A DNA stretch of 64,000 nt from an uncultured Hormoscilla sp. (GTDB lineage: Bacteria > Cyanobacteriota > Cyanobacteriia > Cyanobacteriales > Desertifilaceae): contig OZ001293.3 in NCBI GenBank assembly GCA_963921275.4, forward strand, positions 3,872,001-3,936,000, written 5' to 3'. Below are positions 29,512 to 39,150 of the stretch, one piece after another (the stretch's first letter is position 1; every line of letters starts with the position of its first letter). The notes under the pieces are model-generated. The model did no database searches, was not told the DNA's origin, and saw only the letters and a program-made list of their open reading frames with translations. The position numbers and the translations under genes are program-made.

Positions 29512-31056
29512 ATGACGGATAACCAGAATAATTTGGCTAACAACCAGAGTGGGTTAGATTACAACGCATTAGACGAGTTTGAGCAAAAATTTGAAGAAGA
29601 ACGAATATATTACCAGGTTCCTGGTGCAGCATTAGCGATCGTGTATGGAAACGAATTAATTAAAGCTAGTGGCTATGGCGTGCGGGACATAAAAACACAG
29701 GAACCGGTGACCGCAGAAACAGTTTTCCCGATCGGTTCAATGAGCAAATCAATGACCAGCATCATGAATGCGACCCAAGTGGAGGCCGGGATATTTGGTT
29801 GGGACACATTGGTGAAGGACATTAGCCCGCAGTTTAAGTTTGCTAATCAGCAAACCACAGACAATCTCCAGGTGCAGCACGTAATCGGGATGCGTGCTGG
29901 CATACAAGATCCGATCGGCCCTTACCACTATGCTAATAACAAATATTGGGAGGAACAGTCAGCACCGTATTTAGTCAAGTCCTTGGCCACGGCCCCTTTT
30001 CAGGCAATAACTGGAAAGGTATTTCACTACGGCAACGAATCTTATGCCAGCAGTGGTTACTTCTCTCCGTTGAAGCGGGGTTTAGAGGCATCGCAATTGC
30101 TGCAAGAATACAAGAATTTGATGCGTCAGAAGATATTTAAACCCATTGGGATGACAAAGACCAGCATTACACCAATTTGTTCAAGCATTAGTGACGACTA
30201 TGTAACAAGCTACGGACTAGATACTAGCAATGGACGGGCAAGTATGATGGCACAAGCCCCCATCAGCATTAGCAATGTTAATGGCATCGCGCCAGCAGGT
30301 CAAGTAGTCTCAAATGCTATGGACTTGAGTCTTTATGCCCGGATGTTGTTAAACAATGGTGTGGCGATTAATGGCACGCAAATCATCACCGCAGAAAGTC
30401 TGAACAAGATTTGGAGTGACACAATTGATGCCCCTGACTTCCCCGGTCTGACTAATACGACTAAATATGGTCTGGGTTGGGAGATCCAAGAAGTTGAACT
30501 AACAAACCCAAACCGCAAAATTGAGGCGATCGCCCATGGGGGTCTTCTTCCGGCTTGGGTAACTTGGCTGATGGTAGTTCCAGATCAACGTTTCGGATTG
30601 GTGGTCCTCACCAATAGTTGGTCTGGTTTCTACTTTATATTCGAGATGGCGCAGGAGTTTATGAAAGTGATTTACGGCAGCAGCAATATTGATGACTCGC
30701 AATTCATCAATTATCGTCAACAATACCAGGCATACGTCGAGGAATTGCCGAAAAAAATTCAGGAGAAAGTCTCATCATATAAAGTTCAACGGAACGAAGT
30801 AGAATCACTGTTGGGAAACTACGAAGGGGGCTGGAACGTAGAAGTAAACGAGTCAAATCAATTGGTTTTGTTTAAGTCAGGATGGGTTCATTACCTGTTT
30901 CCTAGCAAAGCGGGTCAAAACCAATACATTATCGGGGCCAGCAACGACAATATATATCTAAACGAGAAACGACATGATGTCAGCTTCTCCATTGACCCCA
31001 ATACATCAAAGATGACTATGCATTCAGCAATGGGCAACGTTGCCAAATTAGTCTAG
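29512..31056 (+). CDS. Beta-lactamase/PBP-like serine hydrolase, copy 2
   Basis: Protein identical to copy 1. Confidence 0.9.
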   Translation: MTDNQNNLANNQSGLDYNALDEFEQKFEEERIYYQVPGAALAIVYGNELIKASGYGVRDIKTQEPVTAETVFPIGSMSKSMTSIMNATQVEAGIFGWDTLVKDISPQFKFANQQTTDNLQVQHVIGMRAGIQDPIGPYHYANNKYWEEQSAPYLVKSLATAPFQAITGKVFHYGNESYASSGYFSPLKRGLEASQLLQEYKNLMRQKIFKPIGMTKTSITPICSSISDDYVTSYGLDTSNGRASMMAQAPISISNVNGIAPAGQVVSNAMDLSLYARMLLNNGVAINGTQIITAESLNKIWSDTIDAPDFPGLTNTTKYGLGWEIQEVELTNPNRKIEAIAHGGLLPAWVTWLMVVPDQRFGLVVLTNSWSGFYFIFEMAQEFMKVIYGSSNIDDSQFINYRQQYQAYVEELPKKIQEKVSSYKVQRNEVESLLGNYEGGWNVEVNESNQLVLFKSGWVHYLFPSKAGQNQYIIGASNDNIYLNEKRHDVSFSIDPNTSKMTMHSAMGNVAKLV

Positions 31057-31994
31057 TTTGGTAATTAGACATAAGCCTTCTGATGACCTCAGACCTCAGC
31101 CATTGACGCTGATGTCTGAGGTCTGATAGCTAAATAATGACAATTATCTGGCGTAAGCTGTCGTGCATTTAAATTGCATAGCTTCAGATCCTTGCTCTCT
31201 ATGACTTTCCCAATGCAAGAATTTTGAATGAGAGAATTTTGAATTGCTTAGAGACTGGTGAGGGAAAAAATCAGGCGATCGAAGGCTTGACAGTATGATG
31301 ATTGTTGGCTATAGTATTTTGTGACCTATAAATTTGGCCAGCTCTGTAAGTTCAAATATGATGAAGATCGAAAAGACAAGCTTATTGCTAAGCATAGGAT
31401 GTTGCATAATCATCATCTGCTTATATCTGACTAAAATTGTCCCAACGGTAGCCGCAGAGATGCCAAAGGATTTTAGTTCAAATTTGTTTGAGACTAAGTC
31501 GCTAGTTAACACTTCTGGCAACACCTATCTAATGGACAAGCATGCTTGGACAATATTTGCTCAAATCAATCAGAAAGCACCTAGACAATGTCCAGGGACA
31601 AATAATAGTATTTGGGAAACTTGGGCCGATAACGGGGAGACCTTTCTACGGGAAAAACCAACATGGGCTGGACTGTGGAAGTTGACAAGAAGAATTACCT
31701 CGTGCTGTATAAAACTGGCTGGATTTATTATTTGTTTCCCACTCAAGCAGGCCCAGTTGTTAAAGGGAAAAATCAATTCGTCATCTGGGCATCCAATCAC
31801 AACGGGTATTTGAAAGGAAAGGAAAACAAAGTTGACTTCTACATTGATTCTGTCTGGGGAGTCACCATGACATCTGCGATGGGAGAAGTGAAACGCTGGG
31901 CGGCATAATAATCACTCATGATGGGCATCTCTTGACTTGATGTCTATCTTCGAGTGACAGCATGAAGTTGAGGGATTTGCATAAGGAGAGTAGA

Positions 31995-33539
31995 ATGACG
32001 GATAACCAGAATAATTTGGCTAACAACCAGAGTGGGTTAGATTACAACGCATTAGACGAGTTTGAGCAAAAATTTGAAGAAGAACGAATATATTACCAGG
32101 TTCCTGGTGCAGCATTAGCGATCGTGTATGGAAACGAATTAATTAAAGCTAGTGGCTATGGCGTGCGGGACATAAAAACACAGGAACCGGTGACCGCAGA
32201 AACAGTTTTCCCGATCGGTTCAATGAGCAAATCAATGACCAGCATCATGAATGCGACCCAAGTGGAGGCCGGGATATTTGGTTGGGACACATTGGTGAAG
32301 GACATTAGCCCGCAGTTTAAGTTTGCTAATCAGCAAACCACAGACAATCTCCAGGTGCAGCACGTAATCGGGATGCGTGCTGGCATACAAGATCCGATCG
32401 GCCCTTACCACTATGCTAATAACAAATATTGGGAGGAACAGTCAGCACCGTATTTAGTCAAGTCCTTGGCCACGGCCCCTTTTCAGGCAATAACTGGAAA
32501 GGTATTTCACTACGGCAACGAATCTTATGCCAGCAGTGGTTACTTCTCTCCGTTGAAGCGGGGTTTAGAGGCATCGCAATTGCTGCAAGAATACAAGAAT
32601 TTGATGCGTCAGAAGATATTTAAACCCATTGGGATGACAAAGACCAGCATTACACCAATTTGTTCAAGCATTAGTGACGACTATGTAACAAGCTACGGAC
32701 TAGATACTAGCAATGGACGGGCAAGTATGATGGCACAAGCCCCCATCAGCATTAGCAATGTTAATGGCATCGCGCCAGCAGGTCAAGTAGTCTCAAATGC
32801 TATGGACTTGAGTCTTTATGCCCGGATGTTGTTAAACAATGGTGTGGCGATTAATGGCACGCAAATCATCACCGCAGAAAGTCTGAACAAGATTTGGAGT
32901 GACACAATTGATGCCCCTGACTTCCCCGGTCTGACTAATACGACTAAATATGGTCTGGGTTGGGAGATCCAAGAAGTTGAACTAACAAACCCAAACCGCA
33001 AAATTGAGGCGATCGCCCATGGGGGTCTTCTTCCGGCTTGGGTAACTTGGCTGATGGTAGTTCCAGATCAACGTTTCGGATTGGTGGTCCTCACCAATAG
33101 TTGGTCTGGTTTCTACTTTATATTCGAGATGGCGCAGGAGTTTATGAAAGTGATTTACGGCAGCAGCAATATTGATGACTCGCAATTCATCAATTATCGT
33201 CAACAATACCAGGCATACGTCGAGGAATTGCCGAAAAAAATTCAGGAGAAAGTCTCATCATATAAAGTTCAACGGAACGAAGTAGAATCACTGTTGGGAA
33301 ACTACGAAGGGGGCTGGAACGTAGAAGTAAACGAGTCAAATCAATTGGTTTTGTTTAAGTCAGGATGGGTTCATTACCTGTTTCCTAGCAAAGCGGGTCA
33401 AAACCAATACATTATCGGGGCCAGCAACGACAATATATATCTAAACGAGAAACGACATGATGTCAGCTTCTCCATTGACCCCAATACATCAAAGATGACT
33501 ATGCATTCAGCAATGGGCAACGTTGCCAAATTAGTCTAG
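31995..33539 (+). CDS. Beta-lactamase/PBP-like serine hydrolase, copy 3
   Basis: Protein identical to copy 1. Confidence 0.9.
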   Translation: MTDNQNNLANNQSGLDYNALDEFEQKFEEERIYYQVPGAALAIVYGNELIKASGYGVRDIKTQEPVTAETVFPIGSMSKSMTSIMNATQVEAGIFGWDTLVKDISPQFKFANQQTTDNLQVQHVIGMRAGIQDPIGPYHYANNKYWEEQSAPYLVKSLATAPFQAITGKVFHYGNESYASSGYFSPLKRGLEASQLLQEYKNLMRQKIFKPIGMTKTSITPICSSISDDYVTSYGLDTSNGRASMMAQAPISISNVNGIAPAGQVVSNAMDLSLYARMLLNNGVAINGTQIITAESLNKIWSDTIDAPDFPGLTNTTKYGLGWEIQEVELTNPNRKIEAIAHGGLLPAWVTWLMVVPDQRFGLVVLTNSWSGFYFIFEMAQEFMKVIYGSSNIDDSQFINYRQQYQAYVEELPKKIQEKVSSYKVQRNEVESLLGNYEGGWNVEVNESNQLVLFKSGWVHYLFPSKAGQNQYIIGASNDNIYLNEKRHDVSFSIDPNTSKMTMHSAMGNVAKLV

Positions 33540-33840
33540 TTTGGTAATTAGACATAAGCCTTCTGATGACCTCAGACCTCAGCCATTGACGCTGATGTCT
33601 GAGGTCTGATAGCTAAATAATGACAATTATCTGGCGTAAGCTGTCGTGCATTTAAATTGCATAGCTTCAGATCCTTGCTCTCTATGACTTTCCCAATGCA
33701 AGAATTTTGAATGAGAGAATTTTGAATTGCTTAGAGACTGGTGAGGGAAAAAATCAGGCGATCGAAGGCTTGACAGTATGATGATTGTTGGCTATAGTAT
33801 TTTGTGACCTATAAATTTGGCCAGCTCTGTAAGTTCAAAT

Positions 33841-35010
33841 ATGATGAAGATCGAAAAGACAAGCTTATTGCTAAGCATAGGATGTTGCATAATCATCATC
33901 TGCTTATATCTGACTAAAATTGTCCCAACGGTAGCCGCAGAGATGCCAAAGGATTTTAGTTCAAATTTGTTTGAGACTAAGTCGCTAGTTAACACTTCTG
34001 GCAACACCTATCTAATGGACAAGCATGCTTGGACAATATTTGCTCAAATCAATCAGAAAGCACCTAGACAATGTCCAGGGACAAATAATAGTATTTGGGA
34101 AACTTGGGCCGATAACGGGGAGACCTTTCTACGGGAAAAACCAACATGGCCGGAAGTCTGTGGGACTGCCGAGGCCCCGCGCCGGAAGATACTTAGAGAG
34201 CGCAGCATCAACTTATTTCTGGAAGCAGAAGAAAAACAGACAATTCTCGGAGCAGAATTGATTGATTCTTCCGAAGAAAAAGCCGAAGAAGTCCGCCGCA
34301 ACCGCGCCACCTTTGACTATATAGTCAATAATGACCTCTGGAATAGGGAGGGTTTAATCAAAGCCTATGCTAGTGATGAAAAAATTGAGTTTCCTGCTAA
34401 GGCGATTGAAGTCAAAGCTGATTGGGTGCCAATTCGCGAATCAGAAAAGCCTAATTATCACTGGAATTACACCCAAGATGGAACTCTGGTTGGCATGCGG
34501 GCCATGCACGTGATCTCCAAAGAGTTGCCAAACTGGTTCTGGGCGAGCTTTGAATGGGTTGACAACCTAGGACGCTGCGATGACATCGGCTGTGTGGATA
34601 ACTTTGGGGTAACTCCCCATGTCGTCCAACCAAACGATACGACAAATCTCAAATATCCTCCGGGGCAATTAACCCCAGAACTGGAGCAATTATTTGCTGC
34701 TTACGGACTAACAGGAGAATGGGGCGAGCAATTTAAGAACTACCGCCTGAAGGGAACTCAAATCAACTTTATTGATGTGACAGGAAGCCCAATACTGTTG
34801 GGGAATTCAATCACAGAACAGGGGTCGGTCTTGGGCTCTTCATGTATAACTTGCCACGCCCAGGCAAGGATTGATGCGGACGGTCGCACAACACGAGTTT
34901 TGGAGTTAGTTGGAGCCCCTGTGCCGGAAATGTTCGAACAATTAAAGGCAACGGGTTTTGTTTGGTCAATCCCATTGTGTGTAAACTATCCTTGGGCTTG
35001 TAAAAGCTGA
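33841..35010 (+). CDS. Exported protein with one C-terminal CxxCH (putative c-type heme protein)
   Basis: Hydrophobic N-terminus ending ..VAA-E; WFWASFEW; LLGNSITE..SSCITCH; extra Cys pairs. Confidence 0.65.
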   Translation: MMKIEKTSLLLSIGCCIIIICLYLTKIVPTVAAEMPKDFSSNLFETKSLVNTSGNTYLMDKHAWTIFAQINQKAPRQCPGTNNSIWETWADNGETFLREKPTWPEVCGTAEAPRRKILRERSINLFLEAEEKQTILGAELIDSSEEKAEEVRRNRATFDYIVNNDLWNREGLIKAYASDEKIEFPAKAIEVKADWVPIRESEKPNYHWNYTQDGTLVGMRAMHVISKELPNWFWASFEWVDNLGRCDDIGCVDNFGVTPHVVQPNDTTNLKYPPGQLTPELEQLFAAYGLTGEWGEQFKNYRLKGTQINFIDVTGSPILLGNSITEQGSVLGSSCITCHAQARIDADGRTTRVLELVGAPVPEMFEQLKATGFVWSIPLCVNYPWACKS

Positions 35011-35156
35011 TCGATAATACTGAAATCCTGTTTGTGTTTGGCCTTCACCTATTCACTACAGGTAGGGTAAGATGGGTACTGCCCATCTTACCTTGAGAGC
35101 CTCTGGGTAAGTCCCAATTCAGATCGTATAATTTTCCAGAACAAGTTCCCCTACTG

Positions 35157-36107
35157 ATGACCAAACTGATTATCCAAATTCCCTGCTACAACGAAGAAGA
35201 ATCCCTAGGAATAGCCCTGCAAGCACTGCCGCGTCAGTTAGATGGAGTCGATACTGTCGAATGGTTGGTAATTAATGATGGCAGCCGCGATCGCACAGTA
35301 GAAGTAGCAAAATACTACGAAGTTGACCATATCGTCAACTTACCCCAAAACCAAGGTCTAGCCAAAGCTTTTATGGCCGGGCTAGAAGCATCCGTGGAAG
35401 CAGGGGCGGATATTATCGTCAATACAGATGCAGACAATCAATACTGTGCTGCTGACATTCCCAAATTAATTCAGCCAATTGTTCGGAAACAAGCAGAAAT
35501 AGTAGTAGGTGCCCGAGATGTGCAAACAAACCCAGAATTTTCTCCCGTCAAAAAGCTACTGCAAAAACTGGGAAGTTGGGTAGTACGTCTTGCTTCGAAA
35601 ACCGCTATTCCCGACGCCCCTAGCGGTTTTCGAGCCTTCAGTCGGAAAGCTGCTATGCAACTCAATGTTTTTAATAGTTATACCTATACCCTGGAGACAA
35701 TTATCCAAGCCGGGCAAAAAGGAATAGCAATTACTTCCGTACCAATTAAAACTAATCCGGCCTTACGGCCATCCCGTCTAGTACGGAGCAATTGGAATTA
35801 TATGGTGCGATCGTTTTTGACGATTCTCCGCATCTTCATGCTGTACAAGCCCCTGCGCTTCTTTTTGCTATTCGGAAATATTTCCTTCGGGGCCGGGATT
35901 ATTTTAGGAAGTCGCTGGCTGATATATTTCCTTATGGGTAGCGAAAGAACTCACATTCCTAGCTTAATTCTGGCGGCTATCTTGATTTTAATTGGCTTCC
36001 AATTGTGTATATTTGGTCTCGTTGCTGATTTGATGGCAGCTAACCGCAAACTGTTGGAAGAAATTCAACTCCGCATGCGATCGAATGATGCCAAGACTGA
36101 TGGCTGA
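35157..36107 (+). CDS. Glycosyltransferase family 2 (DPM1-like, two C-terminal TMs)
   Basis: IPCYNEE, INDGSRDRT, NTDADNQY, DAPSGFRAFSR. Confidence 0.92.
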   Translation: MTKLIIQIPCYNEEESLGIALQALPRQLDGVDTVEWLVINDGSRDRTVEVAKYYEVDHIVNLPQNQGLAKAFMAGLEASVEAGADIIVNTDADNQYCAADIPKLIQPIVRKQAEIVVGARDVQTNPEFSPVKKLLQKLGSWVVRLASKTAIPDAPSGFRAFSRKAAMQLNVFNSYTYTLETIIQAGQKGIAITSVPIKTNPALRPSRLVRSNWNYMVRSFLTILRIFMLYKPLRFFLLFGNISFGAGIILGSRWLIYFLMGSERTHIPSLILAAILILIGFQLCIFGLVADLMAANRKLLEEIQLRMRSNDAKTDG

Positions 36108-36170
36108 ACACCTCAGGCGATCCGCCCGCCCTACTGACCGCAAAATCAAGTAAATAGGATCGACAAAAAC

Positions 36171-37139
36171 ATGAAGAAGATTATCTCTTTAATTGTGAGT
36201 CTATTAATTTTAGCAGCAATCTACTGGAAAATAGACTTGCAGAAATTAATAGAGGTTTTTAAGAATTGTCAGGGCGAATGGATGGTAGTTAGTCTAGGCA
36301 TGGTCGTGCCGTTAACAATGTTGACTGCCTGGCGACTGCAACAACTAATGCCAAGTGGGCAGAGATTGGGATTTGGCGAGGCCAATCGCTTAATTCTCGC
36401 AGCTAGCGTCTTAAATATGCTATTACCCTCAAAAATGGGGGATATTGCCAAGGCCTATTTTATGAAGCAGCGAGGACATTTAGATGGTTCTCTATCTTTA
36501 TCTTTAGTTGTTTTTGAGAAAGCTTGCGATTTATTATCCTTGCTACTCTGGTGTGCATTTGGCTTAATACTTTATCCAGCTAAAGATTGGTTATTTTGGC
36601 TAATGACTAGCAGCGTGGTTTTCGGACTGGTGCCAGGTATCTTATTACTGAGTTCGGAAAAAATATCTCTGACCTTTTTTCAAATAGGGAAAAAGATTGC
36701 CCCAGATAAAATCACTTCAAAACTGGAAAGTTTGCAGACATCTTGGCTGGAAATGCAAAATTATTTCTGGAGCAACAAAGCCCAGTTAGCTAAGATAACT
36801 ATTGTTTCTATCTGGATCTGGTTTCTACATCTGTTACAAATTTGGCTATTTATCCTAGCACTGGGGGCCTGGACGCCCTTTTTGGCAAATCTAGCCCTTT
36901 CACCCCTAGCAATTCTAGCAGGTTTACTGCCTTTAACCTTTGCGGGAATTGGCACTCGCGACGCTGCTTTGATCGCCTTTTATCAGCCCTATTTCAATGC
37001 CCCTACAGCTGCGGCCTTAGCCCTACTTTGTACTTCACGCTATCTGTTACCTGCCATTGGCGGTTTGCCTTTTCTGGGACAATATCTAGTTAAAGATTCT
37101 CAAGAGACTGAAATTTCCCAATTCCCAATTCACAACTGA
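36171..37139 (+). CDS. Lysylphosphatidylglycerol-synthase TM / UPF0104 flippase-like membrane protein
   Basis: Multi-TM; AWRLQQL, NMLLPSKMGD, LPLTFAGIGTRD. Confidence 0.85.
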   Translation: MKKIISLIVSLLILAAIYWKIDLQKLIEVFKNCQGEWMVVSLGMVVPLTMLTAWRLQQLMPSGQRLGFGEANRLILAASVLNMLLPSKMGDIAKAYFMKQRGHLDGSLSLSLVVFEKACDLLSLLLWCAFGLILYPAKDWLFWLMTSSVVFGLVPGILLLSSEKISLTFFQIGKKIAPDKITSKLESLQTSWLEMQNYFWSNKAQLAKITIVSIWIWFLHLLQIWLFILALGAWTPFLANLALSPLAILAGLLPLTFAGIGTRDAALIAFYQPYFNAPTAAALALLCTSRYLLPAIGGLPFLGQYLVKDSQETEISQFPIHN

Positions 37140-37153
37140 CAGGCTCTCGTGTC

Positions 37154-37312
37154 GGGTGCATCTCAATACAAGACATTCGTAGGTTGGGTTTCCTCTATGC
37201 GCACTGCGTAGAGGAAACCCAACAGGCGCAACGCTAACAACATCTCTTTGTTGGGTTTCGTGCCTCAACCCAACCTACGAAATTAATATTTTTGCTTCTA
37301 TGAGATGCACCC
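37154..37312. mobile_element. 159-bp MITE carrying REP-like hairpins
   Basis: 12-bp TIR GGGTGCATCTCA/TGAGATGCACCC; 8-bp direct repeat CTCGTGTC on both sides; internal gtaggttgggtttc...cccaac palindromes. Confidence 0.85.
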
Positions 37313-37357
37313 CTCGTGTCGCCCGCCCTGCGAACACCTCCAGGCGATCCGCCCGCC

Positions 37358-39037
37358 CTACGAACCGACCACCTCTAATGTTGATGTCCATCGAATGTAA
37401 TTACAGCCCTCTATTTCTTGACGTATCCATTCATGGGCTTGGACAAAAGAAGATCTAATTAGCAAACCTTTACCATTATCTTCAAAACTAGGGGGCAAAA
37501 GCACGCGAACGCGCAAAGGGATGCTCGTATGAAAATCTTGATGCTGTAAAATTGCATCTTGTAAACCACCATAAAAATCTGCATGGGTAACGATCGCTCT
37601 TCCAGGTAAATCTAAGGCCGCGAGCGGCTCTGGTAGATACCAGACATCGGTTTGCTCGTTAAAATCTTGGAGTAATTCTGCGCGCACCCGACGCAAGTCT
37701 TGAGAAGCTAACCAAGGGTTATAGATTTGACTGGAAGCAACTGTATAATTGATAGGCGATTCAATTGCCTTACCCATCATAAAGACACTACTATAAACCA
37801 GAGGAAGAGCAAGATAAAGGATGGCAGCAATAGATAAAGATACTTTGAGTAAATAATTGTGAGAATTTTTCTGCCACAGTTCGCCACCTGACTGTAGAAC
37901 TACAGGTAAAATAGCAAGACTGGCTGAGATGATATGGCGTGTCTCGTAACTAACAGTTGCACCCACCGACCAAATAGCAAAGAGAGCCGCAACGCTGGTA
38001 AAAAATACAATTTTAGCTAATAAACTAGCTTCTGATAAGGTTTGAGGACTTAAAATTAACCATAACAATAATACCCCTCCTGGAAGGCCAATTAAACTTA
38101 TCCAGAGGGGATTAAAAACAAGCCCCTGTTGGTAATTAAGGAGCAGAGCTTTCCAAAATGATTCAGCATCAGCTATAGCTAGGGCAGGATTAGCTATAGC
38201 ATAAATCGTGGTTTGCCATTTGAAGCTAATTATTTTCGCTGTAGCAGTAAGCAAATTTGCCGTTCCTCCTAGATTTTGGTTGAGGAAGTTGAGAGTTAAC
38301 AAAGGAATAGCGAAAAATAAGCAGACCAATCCATAAGCTATTAATTTCCTAATTTTTTGCTGCTGGGAATTGTTATTAGTAATACTTTTGAATCCCAGAT
38401 AAATTAACGCTCCTAATAAAACAAACATAATTGAGTATTTTAAGATATATACCCAACCCATAATTAAGCCAACGAGAGGGGAAATAACTAAAAATTTTAC
38501 CCAACCTTTGATGGCAGCGCTCTCACGATTCCAATATCGATTGAGTTGATAAGTCATCAAAAGTAACCAAGGGGCAGAAGCATAAACTAGGACTTCCGCA
38601 GAATACTGGAATACAGCATGACTACTATAGCGCAGACTGGGGATAGTCAGAGCCAGAATTAAGCCAATCCAAATCGGAAACTCGAACAGGGAAAACCAAC
38701 AGATCCAACCCAGAGAACCTACAATTAAGCCGGCGATCGCGATTATGCGTATGCTAATGCCCGCTGATATTCCCCCTGCCATGAGGGGATAGGCTAGCAA
38801 ATTAGTTCCTGGAGGCCACCAAGTAATCCAGATAGCCTCGTTAACAGCAAGGTCATCATAACTGGGTCTGACTAAATGATTAAAGGAAGGGGAGTCAGAG
38901 GCGATAAACTGTTGTAACGCCTTCATTTGCCACGCAGAATCGCTATAAAGACTCTGAGGATTCTTCAGGGCCACTAAGATTATTAATAAACTAGAAATTA
39001 AGGCGATCGTCAGAAGGATTGGCGTGATTTTTTTCAT
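37358..39037 (-). CDS. Polytopic membrane protein (possibly GT-C-type glycosyltransferase)
   Basis: Many TM segments; YSDS and WWPPG motifs in the first loop; lies beside the GT2/flippase genes. Confidence 0.6.
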   Translation of the reverse strand: MKKITPILLTIALISSLLIILVALKNPQSLYSDSAWQMKALQQFIASDSPSFNHLVRPSYDDLAVNEAIWITWWPPGTNLLAYPLMAGGISAGISIRIIAIAGLIVGSLGWICWFSLFEFPIWIGLILALTIPSLRYSSHAVFQYSAEVLVYASAPWLLLMTYQLNRYWNRESAAIKGWVKFLVISPLVGLIMGWVYILKYSIMFVLLGALIYLGFKSITNNNSQQQKIRKLIAYGLVCLFFAIPLLTLNFLNQNLGGTANLLTATAKIISFKWQTTIYAIANPALAIADAESFWKALLLNYQQGLVFNPLWISLIGLPGGVLLLWLILSPQTLSEASLLAKIVFFTSVAALFAIWSVGATVSYETRHIISASLAILPVVLQSGGELWQKNSHNYLLKVSLSIAAILYLALPLVYSSVFMMGKAIESPINYTVASSQIYNPWLASQDLRRVRAELLQDFNEQTDVWYLPEPLAALDLPGRAIVTHADFYGGLQDAILQHQDFHTSIPLRVRVLLPPSFEDNGKGLLIRSSFVQAHEWIRQEIEGCNYIRWTSTLEVVGS

Positions 39038-39150
39038 ATCTTTAACATCCTTAAGCATGGAGCAATGAGCTGGCTCCAATGGAAAAAATTGTCAATCGGC
39101 AGATATTAGTATACTATAGATTGACAGTTGTCAACCTATACCAACAAAAA

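Larger units (their letters stand above)
26701..34149 (+). repeat. Tandem triplication, 3 x 2,483 bp
   Basis: Identical ORFs at 26996/29479/31962; junction ...ccaacatgg|gctggactgtgg at 29183/29184 and 31666/31667. Confidence 0.96.

Noticed and set aside
10820..33539. True beta-lactamases (antibiotic resistance)
   Set aside because: No signal peptides, HxG instead of KTG, and extra C-terminal domains fit peptidase/esterase members of the fold
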